From positions 2,852,001 through 2,916,000 of the forward strand of contig NC_043000.1 of NCBI RefSeq assembly GCF_006345805.1: a stretch of DNA of 64,000 nucleotides, in the 5' to 3' direction. The notes below the pieces were generated by a model. It worked only from the letters and a program-made list of their open reading frames with translations, was not told where the DNA came from and made no database searches. The position numbers were made by a program, and so were the translations under genes. Source of the stretch: Octopus sinensis. Lineage: Eukaryota. Shown one piece after another: positions 35,701 through 49,446 of the stretch; position 1 is the stretch's first letter, and each line of letters opens with the position of its first letter.

Positions 35701-36178
35701 TTCCGCCTCAAAGAAGGCACATATTGGCCATAAAAAAAACGGAAACACACAAAGGCCGTTAATTTCATTTAAAGCCAAGTTAACCGACCCATACTGAACA
35801 ACTGACCCATATACATGAAAAAATAAAAAACTTTGTAACCTTTTTATGCCGACCAAAAATCTCGCCATAAACCAGATATGCATGGATCCGCATCGATGAC
35901 CAAGTCGTAGTTGGTGCGACGAATGTTTTAACATCAAATAATAAATGTTTAAGTGAAGTTAACAATCTTTGTGTATTTCTGAATGGCTAATCTGCGTTTT
36001 CCACTCTGCAAGAGTTTATAATTAATGCTTTTTTACTCGATGTAAACTTCAGTTTTAATGTATTTACTTTTCATCCTTGTATTATCTTCAATGCCTTGGG
36101 ACCTTGTGACCAATAGAACTCCCCCTCCTCCTGCTTCTTCTTCTTCTTCTTCTTCTTCTTCTTCTTCTTCTTCTTCTT

Positions 36179-36252
<74 letters not shown>

Positions 36253-37319
36253 CATCATCCCGTTAGCTTTATTATCTCACTACACAATCGAGTGCAGCTG
36301 TGTGCCTTGAGTACATAAGGTTGTTTTTTCTTTATCACTTTTGTATTTTTTCTATTGTATTGAAAAGAACTCTACGTAATATGTGTGTGTGCATTGCTTT
36401 ACACTGCTATTCCCATTGTTGTATATGCAAGAGCTCCGTTTGTGGTCATATATTTGCCTCCATCTCTTTCGATCATTTCCAAAGCACGCATCAGTGAGTG
36501 GGATTCTTCGCTTTCAACGCCTATATTTCGGACATCTCTATTTTCAGGTCTTTTTTTCTTTGGATAGTTTCTCCGGGTCTTTTAGAGAGATATATTGTCG
36601 TCCTTTGCAATTGATACTTAGAATAAGAGACTTTTATTTTCCTGATGCTCTTTGACGATTTGTTTTCATTTCAGTGTCTGTATGAATCAGCATGTGCCAG
36701 ATTAACGTAGTTTTGCCATTCTCGGATAACACATAGTGGTGTATGTTTTTATCATCTTCTTTCATTGGTGTTTCTTAATACAGATATATTTTCCAATGTA
36801 TAAAAACTCCTAAACACACACACATACACATACAGAGGCGAACATAATAAGGACACCCTCAACACAACGTGATTGATTGTTTCCTCATGGACTCCTTCCA
36901 TTCTGTAGGGTAAGACTCTGGATGTATATCTCTCTCAGTCAATTTCTTTGTTAACCACGAGGTTGAGAAAAAGAGGGGATGATACGAGGACAGACAAAAC
37001 GAACGTTGGGGGTCAGGGTATCGAATGAGACGAAACGTATGAATAAACAAACAATTAAAATATATACAATTAAAAGAGAATGAGTGATTTACAAAAACTG
37101 AAGCGGAGGACGCGGTCGACCCCACAAACCACAGACTCACACTGAAGACTTTGCTTTCTCCTTTTTTATATTCTCGTTTAGACAGGTTCTTTCACTCGCA
37201 ACACACTTGCTATAGGCTTACATCTTTTACGAAACATACTTTGTGACAGGCATTTCTTCTCCAGCCTTACTTTCCGTTTCATGTGGAAAACGAAAAAGTC
37301 GATTAGCTCGAGACCAGAG

Positions 37320-37660
37320 ATGAACATACCTGTTGCGGCGGCGGTGTTAACTCGTATCCGGGTAGACCTGTAGCCAGTGAGTGAGCCTCTTCGTTTTCAT
37401 GGGTGCAAAGGGTACCAGTGCTTGAAGTGGCTGATCAAATCAAGGGCAGTATAGAAGAGCCGGGGGGCATTTATCGCAGGGACGAGGAAGTGCGAATCGT
37501 TTTTTGCGCCTTCAACGTCTCATCGCTGTCCCTAGACGTTTGGTATTTTCCACCAGGTCTGTTCCCTCAACGACGACCTGCCGCCACTTTGGACGGTCAT
37601 TGGGGATTGTTTTCCAGATATTTGGGTCAATGGAGCGGAGGGGAGCGGCCTTGAGTTGGA
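37320..37660 (-). pseudogene. RTE (BovB-like) ORF C-terminal remnant
   Basis: Minus strand translates IWKTIPNDRPKWRQVVVEG...RRKKR...CDKCP, like the RTE W...DR..WR...C..C tail. Confidence 0.5.
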
Positions 37661-37727
37661 CTCAAGATTATATATATATATATATACATACACAGCCTAT
37701 CTTTTCTTTTATCTTTTGCTTCGAGGG

Positions 37728-37855
37728 TTCAGCCAAAGAAATCGACCCAAGTACTTTGTTTAAAGCCTGGTACTTATTTTATCAGTATCTTTTAACCGAA
37801 GCGCTAATGCAAGGGGACGTCAAGAGGTGGTGGGAGACAAACGCAAACACACGCA

Positions 37856-37892
<37 letters not shown>

Positions 37893-38098
37893 GCACACAC
37901 ACACACACACGCACACACACAGACACACACACACACTCATATGACGGGCTTCTTTCAGTTTCCACCTACCAAATCCACTCACAAGGTTTTCAGTCTGCCC
38001 GGAACTATAGTTGAAAAACCTTGCCCTAAGTGTTACGAATTGAGACTAAACCCGGGACTCTGTGGTTAGGAAACAAACTTCTTACAACACAACCACCC
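37728..38098 (-). mobile_element. Diverged SINE A
   Basis: GACGGGCTTCTTTCAGTTTCCACCTACCAAATCCACTCACAAGG and a central (CA)n. Confidence 0.75.
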
Positions 38099-38573
38099 TT
38101 ATATATATATATATATATATCCTTCTGTCCGAGTCAGTCGCCATGATAGATCGTTAGCCACGACATTTTTTTCTCTCCTTGTATTTTCTGTGTCCCTTTC
38201 TGTAGAAGAGCGTAGGCTCGAAACGTAAAAGACGTTTTCTATTCCTAAGTGTTATACTAATATATCTGTTTGTTTTGTACACCACCTGTCTTCGTCTTTT
38301 GTTTTTTTTTCGTAAACTCTCCCTTTCGAAACGTGGAGTAGATGAAATTAAGGCGACTGAAGAAGGGGAATTTTCCTTGTGTTATTTGTCCTGTACTCTA
38401 TTTTTTCGTTGTTTTAAAAAAATGTCCATTTCCTTGGTTTTGTGTTTATGTTTTCGTTTCTCATTGTGTTCGACGTTTTTTTGGTGTTCTGTACCCATAT
38501 ATGCATGTATATATACATGTAGAGGTAGGTACGTACATATATGTATGTATATATGCATATATTTTATTATTTA

Positions 38574-38653
<80 letters not shown>

Positions 38654-38658
<5 letters not shown>

Positions 38659-38860
38659 TAATCCAAACAAGAAAAACAAAAAAGACAACAACGCAAAAAG
38701 TGGAACAATTAAAGTATTATTAGGCGCTCAGGAAAAAAGGGGAAGAAGGAGGGTATGACGTTTCGAGCGGAGCTCTTCGTCGGAAACATAAGAGAAAGAA
38801 AGATCCCGAGGTGGGAGGACAGAGGGGAAAAAAAAACGCGAGTGGTCTTCACGAGGTAAA
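38654..38860 (-). repeat. PLE-like short repeat family E abutting (TA)n; second copy at 49075-49285 (+)
   Basis: Both copies contain ATGTTTC(C/T)GACGAAGAGCTCCGCTCGAAACGT and end GGATTAACTTT before (TA)n. Confidence 0.65.
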
Positions 38861-39219
38861 CATACATGCATGTGTGTGTGTGTATGTATGTGTGTGCGTG
38901 CTATTGTGTGTAGATAGATAGATAGATAGAGATTCACGTCTGTATTTACACACACATACACGTTATCATCACCATAATTTTACGTTCGTCTTTCAGACCA
39001 GAAATGGTATAAAATCAGGGCTGTGGCCCTTGTTGCAGTCCTTATCATCGGGCACCACACACAGCAACTAAGAGTATCGTCAGTTACTCCCTGCTGACAC
39101 TATTCGACCGATGGAGAGTGGAAGCAATGGGTTTAACAATAGATATGCCTCTCCTATGAACAACCTGTTCGGAGCAGGGAATGGGTGATTTTAGTGTTAC
39201 CGGTACATATACACGTGTA

Positions 39220-39220
<1 letters not shown>

Positions 39221-39254
<34 letters not shown>

Positions 39255-39679
39255 ATGTATGTATGTATGTATGTATGTATGTATGTATGTATGTATGTAT
39301 GTATGTGTGTATGTATGTGTGTGTGTATGTAGGTGTGTATGTAGGTATGTATGTATGTATGTATGTATGTATGTATGCAGTATGTATGTATGTATGTATG
39401 TATGTATGTGTGTGTATGTATGTATGTTTCAATGTTTGTATGTATGTATGTATGATGTATGTATGTATGTATGTATGTATGTATGTATGTGTGTATGTAT
39501 GTATGTATGTGTGTATGTATGTATGTATGTATGTATGTATGTATGTATGTATGTGTGTGTGTATGTATGCATGCATGTATGTATGTATGTGTGTATCCAT
39601 CCATCCATCCATCCTTCTATCTATCTATCAAGCTAGCCATTTAAGTACCAGCCTGCCTGTCTGCTTATCAATCAGTCAG

Positions 39680-39729
<50 letters not shown>

Positions 39730-39731
39730 TG

Positions 39732-39775
<44 letters not shown>

Positions 39776-39778
39776 CCT
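39221..39778. repeat. Compound tetranucleotide microsatellite (CTGT)(ATGT)(CCAT)(TCAA)(CTAT)
   Basis: Direct reading. Confidence 0.95.
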
Positions 39779-40541
39779 TGACTATGATTCTATGAACCGT
39801 AAAAATTAATACAGAGAGTTGCTTATTTGCAAAAAAAAAAAGAAATATAACATGTGACTTCATTGACCGAGGTTACCGTGGTCTTTTCTTTCCACGGGTA
39901 AACCGCACCTGTCCTCCCCTTTACATTTCATATTGACATTTCTGTGATAACGATCCCTATTGATCAATTTTTTTTCCTTTCCCTTTTTTTTCCTCACCTC
40001 CCCCCTTTTTTATTTTATTTTATCCCCCCCCCTTTTTGTCCTCTTTCTTTCCATTTACGATCCCTTTTCATCGAAAACCAAACCCCCTTCTTTTACCCCC
40101 AAAAGAAAAGCTCTACCTTGTAATTTTGTCCTGTCTGTGTGCAGCCCTGTGTGGCTAATAAAGAAACATATCTATCTATCCATCTATCACTATACATGTA
40201 CATACACACACACACTTCACGCACACACAAATAAAGACAAATGGATCTCCACCAGTTTCGACGACGATCATACCCAGTTGTTTGATCATGTGAACAATCT
40301 ACCCACTGAATTATCTCGTCAGTGGCTGAATATTGCATTTGTAGTTTTTAAAATTTTTATCCTTAACACAATCCCCGAGCAGAATCAACGTGACACGATG
40401 TATGTATGACAAGCGTGACCCACTGAATCGCAGGAAAAGTCCATCCGATAGGCAATCAGTTTCATCTTCTAGCTTAGCCGCAAAGCTTGGGGAGGGGTAG
40501 CTAGAAACCACGGTAAAGATACTTGCCCAAGATCACACACA

Positions 40542-40973
40542 CTCTTACTCTTTTACTCTTTTATTAGTTTCAGTCATTTGACTGCGGCCATGCTGGAGCA
40601 CCGCCTTTAATCGAGCAACTCGACCCCGGAACTTATTCTTTTGTAAGCCCAGTACTTATTCTATCGGTCTCTTCTGCCGAACCGCTAAGTAACGGGGACA
40701 TAAACACACCAGCATCGGTTGTCAAGCAATGCTAGGGGGACAAACACAGACACACAAACACACACACATATGTATATATATACATATATACGACGGGCTT
40801 CTTTCAGTTTCCATCTACCAAATCCACTCACAAGGCTTTGGTCGGCCCGAGGCTATAGTAGAAGACACTCGGCCCGAGGCTATAGTAGAAGACGCCCAAG
40901 ATGCCACGCAGTGGGACTGAACCCGGAACCATGTGGTTGGTAAACAAACTACTTACCACACAGCCACTCCTGC
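40542..40973 (-). mobile_element. SINE A with a small internal tandem duplication
   Basis: TCGGCCCGAGGCTATAGTAGAAGAC occurs twice within ~40842-40893. Confidence 0.9.
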
Positions 40974-41184
40974 ACGTATAATGAGAGTGAAAGGGAGAAA
41001 GTGATATGAAGAAAATGAATGAGGATGTGTTTGTTTGTATAAGTACGTGTGTGGATGTGGGTATGTGTGGGTACTCATAAATGTCTTATGTGCATACACC
41101 TTATGAAGACACAAGTGTGTGTGTGTATATATACATACATACATATATGCACACCCATATACATATATATATATATATATTTCT

Positions 41185-41404
41185 TTACTACCCACAAGGG
41201 GCTAAACGCAGAGGGGACAAACGAGGACAGACAAATGGATTAAGTCGATTATATCGACCCCAGTGCGTAACTGGTACTTAATTTATCGACCCCGAAAGGA
41301 TGAAAGGCAAAGTCGACCACGGCGGAATTTGAAATCAGAACGTAACGGCAGACGAAATACGGCTACGCATTTCGCCCGGCGTGCTAACGTTCTGCCAGCT
41401 CGCC
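41185..41404 (-). mobile_element. SINE B1, full length
   Basis: Tail TATTTCTTTACTACCCACAAGG through head CTGCCAGCTCGCC. Confidence 0.92.
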
Positions 41405-41406
41405 TT

Positions 41407-41453
<47 letters not shown>

Positions 41454-41458
41454 TAATA

Positions 41459-41508
<50 letters not shown>

Positions 41509-41631
41509 TATATTATATATATATATATATATAATATTAATATATATATATATTATATATACTATATATAATATATATATATATATATATAATATATATA
41601 TATATATTGTATATATATATATAATATATAT

Positions 41632-41686
<55 letters not shown>
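41407..41686. repeat. Interrupted (TA)n microsatellite
   Basis: Direct reading. Confidence 0.95.
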
Positions 41687-41689
<3 letters not shown>

Positions 41690-42018
41690 CGTGTATGTAA
41701 GCATGAATGTGTGTGTGTATGTACGTGTATGTAATCTCCATCACGCATATACTATGAACTGCACACACATACACACACATGTATGTGTGTGTCTACGTAT
41801 GCACTAAGTATATCGACGAATATTTGTTTATCTGTGTGATTCTGCATATAGACACATACACACATAGATTTGTATATATAAATAGATATGTGTATATATA
41901 TATATGCATGTATATGTATGTATACACATATAGATACATATATACACACACACACACATATATATATGTATGTATATATGTTTGTGTTTGTGTGTCTGTG
42001 TAGTCTATCCTCATCCAC

Positions 42019-42560
42019 TATCACCACCACCACCACCACCACCACCACCACCACAACCATCACCGCCACCAGCACCACCACCGCCACCACCACATCACCA
42101 CCACCACCACCACCACCACCACCACCAATCACCACCACCACCACCACCACCACCACCACAACACCACCACCACCACAACCACCAGTACCACCAGAACCAT
42201 CACCATCACCACCACCACCACAACCACCACCACCACCTCCACCATCTCCACCACAACCACCACCACCACCACTAACACCAACATAGTACCATCACCACCA
42301 CCAGCACTACTACCACAACCACCATCACCACCACCAGCACCAGCACCACAACCACACGACCAAACCACCACCATCACCACCACCACCACCACAACCACCA
42401 CATCACCACCACCACAACCACCACATCACCACCACCACAACCACCACAACCACCACCACCACCACATCACCACCACCACAACCACCACATCACCACCACC
42501 ACCACCACCACATCACCACCACCACCACCACCACATCACCACCACCACCACCACCATCAC
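42019..42560. repeat. Long imperfect (CAC)n trinucleotide tract; related (CAN)n repeats continue to ~43340
   Basis: Direct reading. Confidence 0.95.
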
Positions 42561-43783
42561 CGACTTGACAATGTTTCAATGACTAATAATAATTCACGTC
42601 CATGAAATCAGTGTGGGTGGCGATGGGGGATACGGGGGAGGGGTTTTGGTGAGGGTCAATACCAGTTATTATTTATCCCCCCCCGTTCCTCCAACTCTTG
42701 TATTCCACGGGGACTGTTTTTCCGAATCTATTATTATTATTATTGCAAGTAGAACAACAACAACAACGACGACGAAGACAATAACAACAACAACAACAGT
42801 CGGTGATGTCGGTGCCGGATGTGGCGGGGTGCCATATAGGAGGGGTCAGTCGATTTTTAACCCCTATCCCTCATCCTTCCTACTTAAAAACAATAATAAT
42901 AAATACGCAAGATTTTTTGTCCTGACGCAATTGTTACATCGCTTACGGCAAGGGCTGCAACTACAACTGGAGCCATCACCACTACCAACACCACTACTAC
43001 CGCCACCGCCACCACCACCACTAGCAACAACAACAACAACTACACCACAACTACACTTCACCACAATCATATATCATCGCCATCATCATCATTACGAACG
43101 TCACTACCATGACCACCAACACCGACACCGACACCATCACCAGCGCCGCCGCTACTATCGTCTCTCCGTTCGTCCGTCCCTAAAACTACCACTAAACTAC
43201 CTCCCCAACCATGCGCCGATACCAGCCACATCATCTATACACGGTGGTCGCTAGCACGACTGTAACAACCACTACCGCTACTACCGCCTTGACAACTACT
43301 GCCACTATTAACTGTAGATAGTACAGCTACTACAGCCGCTGCTAATACAACCACTACTAAGTGTTGCACTGCATGTAGATGTGAAGAAGCTGTGCTCGCT
43401 GCTGGTGCGTTTTCAGTTTTGTCTTCCTCTCTATCTTACACACTTCCAAGTGTGTCTTCCTATTATCTCTTTCTCTCCTTCTCTCTCTCCTTCTCTCTAT
43501 CACTTCTCCTCCTCTATCTCTATATATCTACCTCTCTTTTCTTTCTCTATACACAATAATATAATATATATACATATCTATACATATATCTATATATCTA
43601 TACATATTATTTCTTTCTTTCTCTCTTCCTATCATTCTCAGTCTGATATTCTTCCTTACTCTTCAATCATTCCCTTCGACATCTCTGTGATTCCCCTGGA
43701 TTATGCACTAAATCTCAGGAAGATTTACCAAGAAGAAGAAATATTTTTTCCTTAAGAATCAGCTTCCTAAGAAACCTGTCCAA

Positions 43784-44246
43784 ATGGAAATGACAAAGAT
43801 GGGATCCTCGATGGGTGAGGGTACGGAAAGACCGCACAAACTTTACGAAAACTCGGACGAATATGAAGAAAAGACATTGTATGGATTAAAACTGGATGCT
43901 TTGACATCAAAAATTAAAACACCTCAATTTATTTACATTTTAACTTTCTTTTCGGGCCTCGGAGGATTCCTTTTCGGTTACGATACCGGGGTTATATCTG
44001 GCGCCATGATCCTGCTACGGAATACTTTTCTACTGTCGTCTGTATGGCAAGAATTGATTGTCAGTGTGACCATTGCTGGGGCTGCCGTGTTTGCTATCGT
44101 CGGAGGTCTCCTGAACGACCGCATCGGACGGCGCCCCACCATCATGATTGCTAGTGTTGTCTTCACCACCGGAGCTATATGTATGGGCATGGCCCCAGAC
44201 AAATACGTTCTGTTGTGTGGTCGGATTATCGTCGGTGCCGGAATAG
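43784..44246 (+). CDS. SLC2A13: First coding exon of a sugar-porter MFS transporter, proton/myo-inositol cotransporter-like
   Basis: LGGFLFGYDTGVISGAMILL...WQELIVSVTIAGAAVFAIVGGLLNDRIGRRPTI...LLCGRIIVGAGIG covers TM1-TM4 of the sugar-porter family. It ends at a strong phase-1 donor AG|GTAAGT (44246/44247). The start ATG is uncertain because the frame is open a short way upstream. Confidence 0.88.
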
Positions 44247-44400
44247 GTAAGTACTCGAGGTGGGGGTCTGCTGATGTGTGGGTGAGGCTTTTTTGTGATT
44301 TTAACCGGAGACGGAGGTGAGTTTTATGAGTCCTTCTCGCAGACCTGTTATGAGAATGAGCATGATACAAATTATGACTAAAAAAAAAATAAATATATCA

Positions 44401-44436
<36 letters not shown>

Positions 44437-44935
44437 GTGATGATAATAATAATAACGATGACGATAAATCAATTGTTAGTTTATGTAAAAGGGAAAGCGA
44501 AAGTGTGTGATTGGTAAAAAAGATAGAAAATGGGAAAAGAAGACAACGTGCGAGTGACGAGGAAAAGTGAAAGAATATAGACAAAAAACACGGAAGTAGG
44601 GAGAAAGAGAGAGAGTGAATGATAGAGCGAGAGAGAGAGACAGCGAGAGAGAGAGAGAGATGAAGAGAGAAAGAAAGAAAGAGAGAGAGAGAGGAAGAGA
44701 GAGAGAGAGAGGAAGAGAGAGAGAGAGAGAGAGAGAGCGTATTTAGAGCTTTCATCATTCGCCTCACCACAAAGTGATCATATAATTTACGACAAAAGCA
44801 AAGTGCCCGAATAAATTACAGGTACAGATGCTAATTACCTTGATACACCGTAGGGTTACATATACAATACGCACACATATACATACATGATATATAATCT
44901 ATCTATGTATCTATCTATGTATGTATGTATGTATG

Positions 44936-44997
<62 letters not shown>

Positions 44998-45033
44998 CCC
45001 AACCACCTATCTATCTACCTATCTATCTATCTT

Positions 45034-45064
<31 letters not shown>

Positions 45065-45461
45065 ATCTGTCTGTCTGTCTGTCTATCGGTCTGTATTGCT
45101 GATCAATCCCTCGACGAACGAGTATGTGTGTATGAGTGTGTGTATATAAATTATACGCGCTCACACACACACACACACACACACACACAACACACACACA
45201 CACACACACACACACGAACGCACACATGTTTCCAGAGCAGTTGCGGAAGAGAGCGATGAATCTCGCAGACGTATATTCAAATGCTTTTCTTTTCTTCTTT
45301 GTTTTTTTTGTAAATGTTCGAACGATGTCAAAAGTATCTGAGGAATTGATGATCAAAGAAGAGTTTCTGATGATCACGATCGCTGTGGATGGTAATAAGG
45401 CAGGAATGGTCAGTCACACGGTTCGGGATCGAAACTGCAGCCAACCAGCGAGAAACGACGA

Positions 45462-45728
45462 CGACGACGACGACGATAACGTTGATCATGATGAGGACTA
45501 GGATGAGGATGATAATAATGAGGATGTGGATGATGATGAGAATGGTGGTGATGATGATGATGATGATGTGATGATGATGAGATGATGGTGATGGTGATGA
45601 TGATGATGATGATAATGATGGTGATGTTGATGATGATGATAATGATGGTGATGTTGATGATGATGAGAATGGTGATGATGATGATGATGATGATAATGAT
45701 GGTGATGTTGATGATGATGAGAATGGTG

Positions 45729-45760
<32 letters not shown>

Positions 45761-45854
45761 AATGATGGTGATGGTGATATTGATGATGATGATGATGAGA
45801 ATGGTGATAATGATGATGATGATGATGATGATGAAGATGAGAATGGTGATGGTG

Positions 45855-45910
<56 letters not shown>

Positions 45911-45935
45911 GATTACGACGACGACGATGATGATG
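45462..45935. repeat. Imperfect (GAT)n trinucleotide tract in intron 1
   Basis: Direct reading. Confidence 0.95.
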
Positions 45936-46359
45936 ACTATAGAAAAATATAACGGATCGAGTGAATGTTATTAACGGCTATATCAACCTCGCCACACACA
46001 CACACACACACACACTTCCGTGTGTGTGTGTGTGTGTGCATTCGTGGGTGTACGTGCGAGTATTTTTTGTTTGTTTCCTGCCCAGTTTGCATACCGTTCC
46101 GCCACCCACTCGTGCACGTGCCGAAGCACGCGTGCACCCCGCTGTGAATTGTAGACATACATACATGCAAAGGACATATATATATATATACACGCTCCTG
46201 TTGTTGTTGTTGTCGTTGTTGTTGGTGTTGTCTAATTGGTTGGGTGCCGTTGCCAAGCGGAAAAAGGAACGAGGGTTTCGTGTGATTACGAGTTAGGGAT
46301 GTTACAAACGAAAATGGAAATCAAAGCCGCCAGGTCGGATGTCACGGAGGTGTGGACTA

Positions 46360-46459
46360 NNNNNNNNNNNNNNNNNNNNNNNNNNNNNNNNNNNNNNNNN
46401 NNNNNNNNNNNNNNNNNNNNNNNNNNNNNNNNNNNNNNNNNNNNNNNNNNNNNNNNNNN
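46360..46459. other. Assembly gap (100 N)
   Basis: Run of N; the true length is unknown. Confidence 1.
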
Positions 46460-46625
46460 GGTGGTGTGTTTACGTCCCCGTCACTTAGCGGTTCGTCAAA
46501 AGAGACGATAGAATAAGTACTGGGCTTACAAAAGAATAAGTCCCGGGGTCGAGTTGCTCGATTAAAAGGCGGTGCTCCAGCATAGCCGCAGTCAAATGAC
46601 TGAAACAAGTAAAAGAGTAAAAAAG
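46460..46625 (+). mobile_element. 3' half of SINE A after the gap
   Basis: GGTGTGTTTACGTCCCCG...CAAATGACTGAAACAAGTAAAAGAG. Confidence 0.88.
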
Positions 46626-46877
46626 TATACAAAATAGACATTATCGTCCGTCTTACAGTTAATTTTGAAAAATAAAAAAAAATTTTATGGTTTATTATTG
46701 TTTATATTTTGAATTATAAATGGGGACAGGGCTTCTATGGGTCTTAATCTAGCCCTGTAGACTGTTACTGGGCATAGGAAAGGTATGAATGCTATATAAC
46801 CACACCTCATTCCACATACTTTTGGTCATTGTGGTCATACATACACACATACGTGTATGCACGCACGCATGCACTAA

Positions 46878-46908
<31 letters not shown>

Positions 46909-49142
46909 CGAGAGACTTTCCAAATATTTCAATGGATCCACCATTAGTCGTCTGATCTGTGAGAAATTCAAAATCCAAATAAATGTTGGATAGTGATTAT
47001 CCTAATTAAATTAAAATGCCTGCATGTATAAAAGTGCGGGAACGAAATTTGCTTAGTGGGTTCAAACCCAGGATGTTTAAAAGCGTTTCTTTGCCCCACA
47101 GAAAGTTTAGGGAGTGCACTTGCACCCCTGCACCCACTGTTCCCGGGCCTATGTGCATGTCTGCTTCTGTTTTTAATAATTTGAAGACTTCCTGTAAGGT
47201 AAGAATTGGTTTCTAACAAAGACACAAAGCTGCATCGTTGGAATGTAGATGACAAAAGCAATCTTACAGTTTGAATTCGTGAAAAGTCTTACATATTTTC
47301 ACTGTTCCACTTATCTTACTGTCGAAATGCTAAGTTACGTGAACGTAAACAAACCGACATCGACTGTAAAGCGGCAGGATAGGAGTGACACACTTACATA
47401 CACATATACACGCCTACCAAATTCGGTCACAAGGCCACAGTAGAAGACACTTGCTCAAGGTGTCATGCACTGGGACTGAACCCGAAACAACGTGGTCACA
47501 AAACGAGCTTCTTAACCACCAAGCCACAACTGCTATTATACCTTAAGCATGATACCTTAAGCAAGTGTCTTCTACTATGGCCTTGTAACTAAATTTGGTA
47601 GGCGTGTATGTGTGTATGTATGCGCGTCACTCCTATCCCACCGCTTACAGTCGATGTCGGTTTATATATGTATGTATTGTATATATATTATATATATATG
47701 ATATATATATATATATATATATATATGTAATATATAATATATATATTTAATTTTCTCCTGGTTTTTTAATTTTTTAATTTTCTCCTGGTTTACGGAATTA
47801 ATGTATTTTGCGGTTGAAGCTTTGGCTGTTATTTCTAGTGGGTGATGGCCTATTATGGCCGTTCCTTGATTGTGATGTTGAACTTAAAAATGGTCTATGA
47901 CTATTTAATTTTTTCCCACTAGGCCGCTGGTGGCAAAAAAATTCTACAAAATTTTTTGCCACCCATATTGATTAATTATATATATATATATATATATAAT
48001 ATAATATATATATATTCAAAGAGCAATAAAGATTCAAGTAATTTTAAAAAATTTACTTGAATATGGTACCTAACTAGATGCACCAAAAAAAACTATACTG
48101 ATTTAACAATACAGTAATGTGGGGTGATTATAAGCGAGAATGAAGCAATAAAACCTGTCCTTGTATGAAACGATCGTACTAAAAACCTATCCATTCTTGT
48201 TGCTTCTTTCTCGCGTATATATATATATATATATATAGGCGTAGGAGTGGCTGTGTGGTAAGTAGTTTGTTTACCAACCACATGGTTCCGGGTTTAGTCC
48301 CACTGCGTGACATTTTGGGTAAGTGTCTTCTACTATAAAAGAACCCCAACTAATGCCTGTGTCGGGATGTTTTATTTATTCTCACATTTTTCCTTAGTAT
48401 TTTGGAAAATTCCAAACATTTAACATGGCGCCTCGTAGTCCGTGGCGTTCTACGTGACTAACCGAGTTACCAGTACCTTCATCTGGTCCTCTGAACATCA
48501 CAGCTTCCATTCACCAATTGCCTGTAGTGCAGTTGGCGGGGATGCGAGCGAGCGGTCCGTTTCGGTCGACGCTTTGGGGGTCTGCTGTATAAATATGTAT
48601 AAGCTTGGAGTCAGCACTGGATTAACCATTAAGCAAAATAAGGGCATCACAGAAATAATAAATGGTTTATGACACAAAAGAATTCATTTTAAACTTGCTA
48701 AAACGATATTCAGGATGGCTTATCTCTACAAAGTATAGAACCAGATGTATTAGGCAAGACTAATTTTGAGGATCCTTCAAAGAGTTTCGAATTATAAAAG
48801 AAGCTTTTCAAACATAAAGTGGAAATAAGCAAAAATAAACATTATTTTCCACCTTACTGTTAGTTTTGTCTCATTTTGAAAAATGATATATGTATATATG
48901 TATATATATAATACAAAATGGGACAAGAACACAAAACATGCAGACAGGTGATACAAAAAAGGGACAACAAAACATCGAGATAGACGATACAAAGAAAACA
49001 AGGATGGGTCATTCAGAGTTCCAGATTATCTTTGCAATTTCGGCTGGTTATACTCGAGATTATATATATATATAACCGTGTGTGTATCGTTGGCGATTTT
49101 TTTTTCTCCAACTTCCCTTCCTTGGATCTTTGCTTTTCCTAT

Positions 49143-49177
49143 GTTTCTGACGAAGAGCTCCGCTCGAAACGTTAAAT
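49143..49177 (+). ncRNA. Minimal type I hammerhead-like motif (family E)
   Basis: GUUU-CUGACGA-A-GAGC UCC GCUC-GAA-ACGU-U-AAAU. Core is intact, helix III is the loopless palindrome ACGU, and there is one extra A before helix II. Confidence 0.55.
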
Positions 49178-49281
49178 CCTCCTTCTTTCTTTATTTTCCC
49201 GAACGTTCAATAACACTATACTTGTTCCACGTCCTCGCATTGTTTGTTTTTCTCTTTGTGTTTTCATGTTTGGATTAACTT

Positions 49282-49333
<52 letters not shown>

Positions 49334-49351
49334 ATATACATATATATAATA

Positions 49352-49446
<95 letters not shown>

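Noticed and set aside
41888-43254. Poly-Pro/His/Thr ORFs upstream of the transporter exon
   Set aside because: Products of (CAC)n/(CAN)n repeats open in several frames; no splice or homology support.
44247-44320. Extension of the transporter ORF (KYSRWGSADV...)
   Set aside because: Lies past the GTAAGT donor at 44247 and loses family similarity; intronic read-through.
48160-48190. GAAACGAUCGUA half-motif before (TA)n
   Set aside because: No upstream CUGANGA or helix I partner; too little to call.
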